From: Podarcis melisellensis
Taxonomy: Eukaryota
Reading direction: 5' to 3' (one strand)
Assembly: GCA_964234715.1 (NCBI GenBank)
Contig: OZ174289.1
DNA: 64,000 nt
Part shown: positions 47,701-57,200 of the stretch, piece by piece
How positions within the stretch are numbered: the stretch's first letter is position 1
Layout of the letters: each line of letters opens with the position of its first letter
Notes under the pieces: generated by a model
The model's input: the letters and a program-made list of their open reading frames with translations, nothing else
Databases searched by the model: none
What the model was told of the DNA's origin: nothing
Position numbers and translations under genes: made by a program

Positions 47701-50700
47701 CTTGTGCGTACAAGGGATTTGGCATATCTCGAAGCTTCTCACTTCTTGCAGAAAGGCAGCAGTGGGATTCCCCCACCACCTGGAAAAGAACCCCCCACCC
47801 TGCCCTGCGAGAGGCAAAATATTCAGAAATCAGGTCAGCCACAAGAAGGGGATTTGTCAGTTGTCTGGAGGGACCCTTTATATCCTCTCATTTCTCCCAG
47901 TGGGTGTGCAGAGCTACAGAGCCTACAGCAAAGGAGATAGAGGGAGAAGGAACCAGTTTGCTTCCTTTCTCCATTGTTGCATATTGGTTAGAGTGTCTGA
48001 CTAGGACTTGGGAGCTCAGGGTTCAAATCCCCACTCAGCCACAAAGTTCACCGGGTGACCTTGGGCCAGTAACTCCACTCCCTGTCTTGCAGCCCAATCT
48101 ATCCAGCGGGGTTGTGAGGGCAAAATGGGGAGGGGGAAGAACCATGGCTGAAAGGTGGAGTATAAAAGTAATATGATAAAGGCGGGGTTTAACTAATGGA
48201 ATTAGGCTGTTAACACACCCAGAATTTGAAACACATCTCCTCCTCAAAGATTCCTGGGAACTATAGTTTACACCTCCCAGAGCTAGAGCTCCCAGACCCT
48301 TAATAAACTACAGTTCGTAGATTTTTGTTTTCTTGAGGGGAGATTCTTTAAATTGCATGATGTGCATTTTGTTATTGTAAGCCACTTTAAGAGAGCCATA
48401 TGGTGAAGAGCGGGGTATAAATTTTAAAATCTAAACATTAAATAAATATTAACTAAAATAAAAATAAAATATAAAGCGTATGCAGCTTTATTAGTAAGTG
48501 GGTGAAGCTTGTTTTGCAGCATCAGCCAAGGAAGATGACGACAGGGCAGACATGAACATTGCTGGTCAAAATACATCCCTGGAGGTGAGACTCTGTATTT
48601 GCCATGGCAATAATGTGACGTAACGTAATATAATGTAGTTGCAAAAGGGCTTTAGATATTTCATCATGAACAGCCCTAAAATCTGCTTCAGAAGAACTGT
48701 AAGTTTTATGAATCTATAATATTGGCATTGTAAAGTTTGCCAGCTAGCTGTCCTGGAAAGATTGTCTCGCAAAATCCAAGCAATGAGAGGTCAAAGAAAG
48801 GCGGACATGTTTTTGGCAGACTGGTGTTTGTTTATTGGTTTTATAAATAGGCAGGAATCTGGCAGAATGGTTCCAATTAACTGAGCTGGCCCATCCATGC
48901 GGAGGGGTGAAACACCCACCTCAGCACAAGAGGCGGTCGGTCCTCTTCCCACCACTTCCATCGTCAAGAGGGAGGTGTTTGGATGCACAGTATTTGGATA
49001 CACTCATCCTCACTGCCCCAGGGCGGAGAAGCTGAGTTGCAATGCTTTGAGGAGTTTGGCAAAAACTGGGGTGCAGCGGTGGTGGAAGTGGGGTATATGG
49101 TGGTGGTGGGGCAGCAATTCCTGTTTCACTTCAGGTGGCAAAACGGGATGGGCCACCCCTGCCAACTACATTTCAAATGGTATGGTCTTTGCAAGGGAAA
49201 ACAGGATTAACTGGAGAAAAGTTAGATAAATTAAGAAAAATGAGATGCGGATCTAAATAACAGAGTCATTTATTTTGATTGTAGGTGGTAAATAAACAAT
49301 GAGCACTGTGAAGGGAAAAATACTGTTACAGGAGACTGAATACCAAGTTAAAATAGAAGCTTCTTAATCCTATTTGTAGACTATATTGTGCTTCCACGAA
49401 ATGCAGTCTGCACCCGAAAATACTGTTTGGGGTGTCAGGAAGGGGAGTTGTTATATTTTTATTTATACTACACACACGCGCACGTCACACACACACACAC
49501 ACACACTGTTTCAGATGGTCCCTTTGCTCAGCCGTACCTTTCCATCTATTGAGCAGGACTTATCCTCTTCTGTGGAGGCTGGTGACATCACCAATGGGTT
49601 CATCCTGCTGAAGATTCACACTTCCTACTCTGTCAAGGTGAAAATGAGTCCTGCCCCATCCCTGGCTGACTTTAGGAACCTGCTACAGGAAGAATGCTGC
49701 CAGCAGGCTACACGGATGTCAGTGAGGTAGGCTCTGAGATAAACATGAACTGGCACCAGGTAGGGATGAAAGCCGAATCTATCTGATCTGCGGCTTTCCA
49801 ACACAATCTTCAAACCTATACACAACTATCCTTTGAAATTTGCACTTCTCCTAATTTTGTGGTGCAGTTCTCCAATCCAACAATGTTTACAAAAATGCAT
49901 ATGTATTAGGGTTCTTTGGGAAAAGCCAATAGCTTTAAATGTATGGTGTGTCCATGCCACTCTTGCCTTAACAGCTTCCTATGTACCTGTGCATGATTGC
50001 ATCACTGACCCTTTTCAGGTACAAGATTTCAGGTAGTGATGAGCTGATCCCTGTTAGCAGTGATGAAGAACTGAGGAACATCTGGCAAAGCATGGAAGGT
50101 GGTCAGCTGACCATCTGGTGCCAGGTACGTGTTGATTGGTGTTGGGTTATCTAGCTTAAAGACTGGACAACAACAACAAATTTCCCTGCAAACAGGAGGC
50201 TAGCACACCAGTCCTGCCTTGCTGTTTTCAATTTTTAGTGAGATATTATTTTTATTAATAATATTAATATTCAGAAATGGTATCCTACAACCTGAAGCGG
50301 TAGAGTTAATTGTTTTACTCAATCTCCCTCTACAACCTCATTCTGACAGTAAAAGCTGTTGTATGGTGGAAGCGAAATTCCTTGGAAGTGGGTAGGCTGT
50401 CTTTTGTTAGAAGATGGCTGGCCACCTATTACAGGTGCTGCAGTAGTGGATTGCCTGCATTGGTAGGGGGTTTGACTAGATGACTCTTGGGATTCCTTAC
50501 CAACCCTCTGATTCCAGTGCATGGTCCCATTTGTGTTTGTTCTGAAGGCCCAAAGGGATACCACGAGCAGGCCAGTACTCTACCACATGACTGCGTGTCA
50601 CCCCTACACTGCTCAGGGCCAGGAGGACCTGTCTTTCAAAGAAGGTGACAAGCTGGAGATCCTCTCTGAAGGTAGGCAGGGCAGAGATGGATGTTTGATA

Positions 50701-50908
50701 GTCCCTGAAAAATGTTCCCCCCTTCCAGATTAAAAGGCACCAGAGACACCTTCCTCATCCCCTTCTCTTGATCTGTGCCTTTGGCCATAAACCCACCTGC
50801 TTTCACCTTGGTTGTGTTTTCACAGTGAACGAGGAGTGGCTGGAAGGACGCTGCAATGGAACCACTGGCATTTTCCCAAAATGCTTTGCTGTGCGAGAGT
50901 GCTGTTGA
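38607..50908 (+). CDS. NOXA1: NADPH oxidase activator 1; join(38607..38780,42243..42325,43650..43758,44687..44821,45298..45405,47197..47256,47752..47833,48520..48584,49515..49726,50019..50124,50548..50671,50826..50908), ~446 aa
   Basis: TPR repeats (W..GV...W..AL..F; LAVGFFQRG; IDYKQLG), activation domain [13 protein letters not shown]1 and a single C-terminal SH3; tail-to-tail with ENTPD8 as in mammals. Confidence 0.92.
39280..39520. mobile_element. Tc1/mariner MITE
   Basis: CAGTGGTACCTCGGTT...AACCAAGGTACCACTG, TA TSD. Confidence 0.88.
39724..40162. mobile_element. hAT MITE with CpG-rich internal segment
   Basis: Same termini; TSD ACTTAGAG/GCTTAGAG. Confidence 0.8.
42243..42325 (+). CDS. 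NOXA1: NOXA1 exon 2
   Basis: [20 protein letters not shown]; ag|gtgagt. Confidence 0.93.
43173..43552 (+). mobile_element. 5'-truncated LINE (L1-like)
   Basis: 19-bp TSD AGGATATATCTAACAGCAA; AATAAA and A-rich tail. Confidence 0.8.
43650..43758 (+). CDS. NOXA1: NOXA1 exon 3
   Basis: [28 protein letters not shown] (Rac-binding Arg retained). Confidence 0.93.
44687..44821 (+). CDS. NOXA1: NOXA1 exon 4
   Basis: [15 protein letters not shown]...LDSALKQVQ. Confidence 0.92.
45298..45405 (+). CDS. NOXA1: NOXA1 exon 5
   Basis: VPQGEIFKP...KDFLGQAK. Confidence 0.92.
46700..47158 (+). mobile_element. 5'-truncated L1-clade LINE
   Basis: ORF2 end remnant; 15-bp TSD GTAATGCTCATTTTA. Confidence 0.85.
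47197..47256 (+). CDS. NOXA1: NOXA1 exon 6 (second half of activation domain)
   Basis: [20 protein letters not shown]; cacag| ... |gtgaag. Confidence 0.88.
47752..47833 (+). CDS. NOXA1: NOXA1 exon 7 (Pro-rich linker)
   Basis: cttcttgcag|[27 protein letters not shown]|gtcagc; phase fits neighbouring exons. Confidence 0.72.
48520..48584 (+). CDS. NOXA1: NOXA1 exon 8 (linker)
   Basis: ttttgcag|...[21 protein letters not shown]|gtgaga; open only in the phase needed to link exons 7 and 9. Confidence 0.65.
49515..49726 (+). CDS. NOXA1: NOXA1 exon 9 (PB1 N-half)
   Basis: [16 protein letters not shown]...; ag|gtaggc. Confidence 0.85.
50019..50124 (+). CDS. NOXA1: NOXA1 exon 10 (PB1 C-half)
   Basis: [22 protein letters not shown]...LTIWCQ. 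Confidence 0.9.
50548..50671 (+). CDS. NOXA1: NOXA1 exon 11 (SH3)
   Basis: [32 protein letters not shown]. Confidence 0.93.
50826..50908 (+). CDS. NOXA1: NOXA1 exon 12 (SH3 end, stop)
   Basis: [27 protein letters not shown]. Confidence 0.93.
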
Positions 50909-51270
50909 CACCTGCTCCTAGAGCAGAAAAAAGGGGGCTTGTCCCTTAGCTCACCCACCCATTCAATCACAGATGCTACAATCGACCCTTCCCTTGCCAT
51001 TAGGTGCTGTGTTGCCCTTCAGACATGCTGAAAATGCATCTAAGTGTTGGTGAAGTGTTAGCTTCTTAGTAATGGAAACATTTCAGTGACTCATAAAGTC
51101 ACCCTTTTTGCTTTGGTGACTGAAAAGATCAGAAAAAATACCCTGGACAATATAGCAGTGAAATGTAAGGGGAACTCAGAGATCTAAATAGAGACTATTA
51201 TTTGTGGCGCAGCATCCCTTTTGCTTATATTTATTTTTGATTCACATTTGTCATGGCCAATGGCTAGTAC

Positions 51271-51276
51271 AATAAA
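51271..51276 (+). terminator. Candidate NOXA1 poly(A) signal
   Basis: First AATAAA ~360 nt after the stop; a second at 51544. Confidence 0.45.
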
Positions 51277-51357
51277 GTTAATTGGATCGGAGTGTTGGTG
51301 AAAAGCAAATATATTTCCTTCTCTTGAGTTTGTAGTTAATGCATGAATTACTTTAAA

Positions 51358-51371
51358 CCACCAGAGGGCAC
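51358..51371 (+). promoter_or_regulatory. CTCF-like motif CCACCAGAGGGCAC between convergent NOXA1 and ENTPD8
   Basis: Close match to the CTCF core consensus. Confidence 0.5.
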
Positions 51372-51748
51372 TGTTGGTCTAGCAATCTTGCCAGCACTTG
51401 CTTATCGTCTTTGCTTTGTCATCCTTGATGCCACCCCTAAAACAGAGCTATTTTGTTTGTTGCTCTGTCCTAACTTTTTGAGACAAGATATATGCTATTT
51501 CTCTCCTTCTATCTCCACTCATTCTGTAAACAGTTTCTGCATGAATAAAGCCTTTGAATTCCAGAAATTGGAAATGATTGTTCCACTCCAATTCCAAGCT
51601 GCAAGGTCTGCTAACAGAAGAGCCCTGCAGGATCAGACCAAAGCTATATGTGCAGCGCTGGAAGGCAACAACCATTCCCCAAGGGCAGCTTTCCCCAGCA
51701 ACTGTGATTCAGTGATCTGCTGAATGTGAATTTAGACCTCATGACTAA

Positions 51749-52138
51749 AAGGTAAAAGGTAAAGAAAGGACCCCTGGATGGTTAAGTCCAGTCAAAGGTG
51801 GCTATGGGGTTGTGGCGCTCATCTCGCTTTCAGGCCAAGGGAGCCAGCGTTTGTCCACAGACAGTTTTCTGGGTCATGTGGTCAGCATGACAAAACCGCT
51901 ACTGGCACACGGAGGAATGTGACGAGTGCCAGAGCGCACGGAAACGGCGTTTACCTTCCCGCCAGAGTGGTACCTATTTATCTACTTGCACTTTGACATG
52001 CTTTTGAACTGCTAGGTGGGCAGGAGCTGGGACAGAGCAATGGGAGCTCACCCTGTCGTGGGCATTTGAACCACCAACCTTCCGATCGGCAAGCCCAAGT
52101 GGCTCAGTGGTTTAGACCACAGTGCCACCTGTGTCCCT
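51749..52138 (-). mobile_element. Sauria SINE
   Basis: Same body; 13-bp TSD ACCTCATGACTAA. Confidence 0.88.
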
Positions 52139-52855
52139 ACCTCATGACTAAGGTCAGGTTCACAACATACATTTAAAGCACATCCAGTGCACGTTTGAAG
52201 TAATGACCCCCCCACACCCCACAAGAATCCTGGAAGCTATGGTTTCCCCCTTACAAAGCTACAATTCACAGCATCTTTAACTAGCTATAGTTCCCAGGAT
52301 TCTTTGTGAGAGGTTATAACCTTTAAATATGCACTAGGCGTGCTTCAAATGTATGCTATGGATCTAGCTCCCTGAACTTGTCTCCTCCCCTTTTTTACAG
52401 CCACCTAAGCCTGTAAGGCAGGCTTTCCCCAACCTGGCGCCCTCAGCTCTTTTGGACTACAACTCCCGCCATCCCCAGCCAAGCATGGAAGCCAAACCCT
52501 GCCTTCAATACCAAATCCTGCACTAAAAGGAAAAGTGCTGCTGGGTAATCCTTGGTTTCATACACCCAGGAGGACTAGTGCAAGCTTCCTTCATGAAAGA
52601 TAAGTTTCTTTGAAAGCCAAATTTGGTCTTCATTACCAAATCCTTCAATGAAAACAGAGCACTGCAGATAATTCCTGGTTTCATAAGTCCACAGTAAACA
52701 CCTAGCAAAGTTTTTATTTGAGAAATGTGCAATAAAAAGAATTATAAAGTTTTCTAGCGAGCACTGTGAGGTCAGTTCCTGATGACCTGTCTATTGAACA
52801 TTTGTCCTGATTTGTTTGTGCAGAGTTCGCAGGGAGGTCATACAGTGTCCAACTG

Positions 52856-52861
52856 TTTATT
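52856..52861 (-). terminator. Candidate ENTPD8 poly(A) signal
   Basis: TTTATT on + about 1.2 kb past the stop; alternative at 52713-52718. Confidence 0.4.
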
Positions 52862-54088
52862 GCACACTCATTCCAATTTGTTTGCAGGGAATTTCTATGG
52901 TGTCGGGTCATGTAAGTGCTATCCCACGCATTTTCCCATCTCATTCATTTCTTGCCACAAAAAGTCCAGGTCTCTTTTTGTTGCCCAAGTACTTCATACT
53001 CAATTTCATTTCAAATTTGAATTTTGCTGGTATGTGATGGAATCCCAACTGGAAAATGAAGACAGCCTGCACGTGCCTTAAGTCTTGTGGAAAGTTTGTT
53101 CCTGGTGGGGTTGAGAGAGATCCTTTCACCCACAAAAATATTTTGGTGCAAAAGAAAAAAAGAATGTAACTAGCTGTCCACAACAGAGAGATGAGAACCA
53201 GCCCCATAGAATCAACTCCTCCAAGTATTTACAGTATTTGTATGGTGTTTCTAGCCCCCATTTTCGTCCGTGGCTAAAATCTTTGGGGATCCCATCCCAG
53301 GCAGTTCCTCTTCCAGGCCTGAATGAGACCACTGTAGCTCCTGTCCGACTGACTCCTGGCACCCTGCAATTCCTTTGCCTGAGAATCTATCATCTGCTTT
53401 AAACTGGTCTCTCACCTTGGTGCCAAGATCAATCTGAAGACCTGATAAGCAGCCTTGAAGTCCCGCTCTCTTGCCCACCAAGGCAGGCATCTGCACTTGC
53501 CAGTTGCAGGTTGGCACCAGTGAACTACTGGTCCAGTAAACAGCGGATGAGAAACAATATTACTAGTACTTGCAAATTCATTCCCATTACAATTAATTTT
53601 CATTAATAATATTGCTAGAGTGCTTTCGAGGGGGGAGGGTCAAAGCCCTACCTCCAGTGAGTCTTAGGAGACTACTGCAACACAGAACAGTTTTATCATC
53701 ACCCTGGTTTTTTTGGGGGGGGGATGAGAAAGAAAGCAGCTTGCCTCTGGCCTTTGCAACAGCTCACGGAAGAGATAAGTTTTGAACCAGGGACTTTATG
53801 GTTTACATAGCTAATATATTGCTGGGGAGGGGGGAGTGCGGTACAATAAATTATATACTGCATGTACTTCTGAAAATAAAAGGCATAATCAGTGTTAGTT
53901 GGGCAAGTAGTGTATGTTTGTCCCATTGGGTCTTAGAGAGTTGAAGCTGGTCTGGCTTGGTGGCGCCTGCCAATCTGTTTAGCGTTTGCTTGCTTGTGGG
54001 TCCGCTGAGGGGCTGGTGCTGACTGCCCCACCCTAACCCACACAGAGGCTGCAGGGAGGTGAACAGTCCAAAATGCCGCCCCTTTCTC

Positions 54089-54271
54089 TCAGCGCAGTAA
54101 ATACATGACCAGCAGGGCAATACAGATTGCCAGCACAGCGGCAATGAAGAAAATGCTGGCTGCCCACACCCCTTCCTCGTGCCCTCTCAGCTGTCGGGGG
54201 GCTTCTGCGGGGATCATATTGGTGAGGTTCAGCATGTAGCCCAGAGTCCAGCCAATTTCCGAGTTGGCAGC
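54089..54271 (-). CDS. ENTPD8: ENTPD8 terminal coding exon (ACR5 + TM2)
   Basis: [17 protein letters not shown]...[25 protein letters not shown]. Confidence 0.92.
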   Translation of the reverse strand, partial: AANSEIGWTLGYMLNLTNMIPAEAPRQLRGHEEGVWAASIFFIAAVLAICIALLVMYLLR

Positions 54272-57200
54272 CTGCAAGAGAGAGAAAGGGTACAGTCACA
54301 AAGGAAGGCAAACACAGTGCCCCCCACTTAATGCTAATAGCCTTGCTATGAGCCAACACAAAGCTGGCATTTCAGGCAGAGGTGAGCTTCCTTGTCATAG
54401 GAAGAGCATTTGCTTGGCATGTAGAAGGTCCCAGGTTCAATCCCCAGCATCTCCTGGGCTGGGAGAGAACCTGGTGCTCCAGTACTTAGGGCTATTTCAC
54501 TATATTTTGTATCCCAAGATTTCTACCCGTGTTTACTTGCTGCTATATAGGTAAATGCATGAACCTGACTTTTGGAACTTTGTAAGTAAACCATTTCAAA
54601 ACTCACTAAAGTGTGTGGTCTGTGGCTAAGAGCAATAGAAACACGGAAGTTCTGAAAGTGGACTAAATGGGATATTAAAATGGTTTCAACAGCCTGTATC
54701 TTCACACTACACTGCTGCTTGCTTTTGTGACTTTTAAACTCTGTTGCTGGACAAAGATATACCATAATAGTGATAATCTATGCTGGAAACATAAAGAAAA
54801 AGAGGGTACCTTTTATCATATGTAGTGGACCTGCCCTAAGGTGGAAGACTTCTGGGAGAAGATTTATAATTAATTGAAAAAAATGTTGAAATATACATTT
54901 ATTAAGAAACCAGAGGCCTTTCTTCTTGGAATAACAGGTTTGGAATTGCCCCCAAAAGATGTTAGGTTGTTTTTGTATGCCACAATTGCAGCTAGAATTT
55001 TATTAGCTAAGAACTGGAAAACACAAGAAGTGCCAACAGTGTAGGAATGGCAGATGAAGATGATGGACTATTCGGAGCTAGCCGACCTGACCGGAAGATT
55101 CTGCGACCAGAAGGAGGAGGAGTACCAGGAGGAATGGATGAAATTCAAAGACTATTTAGTTAAATATGCTAAGATAATTTAAATAGAAATACTTGCAAAT
55201 AACAGATAGGCTTAGGATTTAAATATGTAAAGTTATAGAATAATATGTTTAAAGTAAAGATGAAATGAAAGATGTTAAGTGATTAAGTAAATTTTATGAG
55301 AAACTTGTTTTGGAAAACTGTTACAATGATATATACTGAAATTCAGTCAGGGGGATTTGAGGAAGTCACTTATCAATGTTACTAAGATTGGATTAAGTAC
55401 AGTTAAGATGTATGTATGTATGTATGTTTGTTTGTTTAAAAATTTTGGAAAATCAATTTAAAAAATTGGAAAAAATATTAAACTCTGTTGCTGGGGGATC
55501 TCTCATGCTGGAGAAAGTGTTTAGTCCTGTGCTTTGGATCTAGAGTTCCAGCTAAGTATTTTGTTAACTATCCCAGACAGGTAATCTATATCTATTTTCG
55601 CCTACAAAAGCCCTTGTGAAAGTGATTTTTTTCAGACCATTGGCAAGGAGGAGAAAGGAATGGCTTATGTGGGGGGTGGGGAAGTGAAAAGGGCAGAGAC
55701 AGAAGGGGTAAGGACAACCTCAGTCCCTTCAAAACCTGGGCTGGTTCAGATACCTTGGACCTAAACCATATATACTGACATGACCTCCAGCTCTGCCCTC
55801 ACCCGCATCCGGAAGGCAATGTTGTTCCAGGTGTCCGTTCGAAAGCCGTAACCGTCCAGCAAGAGAGTAAGGATGTAGTTGGCACTAGCGCAGTAGTTTT
55901 TCAGATGGTCCTCCTTCTCGCTAGAGTAACTGGATTTCAACTGAGGAAAGACAGGGAGAGAGAGAGAGACACAACATTTCAAGAGCAGCTGAGGTAGGAG
56001 AGTGTTAATTTCCTGACCATTGGTTATACTGCCTGATTTGATGCAAGTTGGAGTCTGACCATATCTAGAGGGCACCACATTGGCTACTCTGACCAGCAGC
56101 AACTCAGCGCAACTACCTGAAATCATTTGAGGGCAGGGATGGGAAACCTGTGGCCCTCCAGATGTCATTGGACTATAACTTCCACCACCTTTGACCATGA
56201 GCTGTGCTGTCTGGGGGTTGGTGAGAATTCTAGTTCAGCAACATCTGGAGGGTGACAGTGTTTCCCATGTCTGGATTAAGGTGACTGAAGGGTCCAGTTG
56301 TGTGAACCTTCAGGACTTTCCAGAAGGGCAGCTGTGTTTCAGCAAAGACAGCTTTGGGTCTTGTGGCACCTTTAAGGATGAGCATAGGTCAATGCCAACT
56401 GGGCGGCCCCCAGTGGCAGTACCTCAAACAAGGCCTCATCTGGGATAAGGGATCATGGGCTACAGTTTGTTCTTCATGGTTGCATAGTACAAAAGATTTT
56501 GGCAGGTGTCGAACTGTATTCCTCCTAAAACACCTTTCTGTGTAGGTAAAAAGCATTGTCGACAACTTTGGAACAGGCTGAGAACAGACCCAAGGAACTG
56601 AGTCTAGGGCTTTGGTAGCATCTGAAGGCTGTTGGCTGTCTTCCTAGAGAAAAGGTGGAGAACCTCAGGTACAGGGGCTAAATCCAGCCCTTCAAATCTC
56701 TGTATTTGGCCCTCAGGCCTCTTGCCAGGTGAAGAAGAAGAAGAAGAGTTTGATTTTGATATCCCGCTTTATCACTACCTGAAGGAGTCTCAAAGCGGCT
56801 AACATTCTCCTTTCCCTTCCTCCCCCTCAACAAACACTCTGTGAGGTGAGTGGGGCTGAGAGACTTGAGAGAAGCGTGACTAGCCCCAGTAGCTGCATGT
56901 GGAGGAGCGAGGAAGTGAACCCGGTTCACAAGATTCCGAGTCTACCGCTCTTAACCACTACACCACACTGGCTCCTCTCCAGCAAAACTTGCTTCCCCCA
57001 GGCTACACATCTCAGCAACTCTGCTTTGCACCCTCCTTGAGTGTTTGGGCTGGGCTGGGCTGGGCTGTGTCATTTGAATTCTGATCATGCCTCTTGCTTG
57101 ATGGAGGATAGATAGGGATGTGTACAGAAAGAGGCTATTGTACGAAAGGGAAAATTCTCATGGGCTGCTCTGCCCATCTTTGCCTCTCTAACCATGCCCA

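Noticed and set aside
38607-50908. Calling this gene NCF2 (p67phox)
   Set aside because: No central SH3 and adjacent to ENTPD8, both typical of NOXA1.
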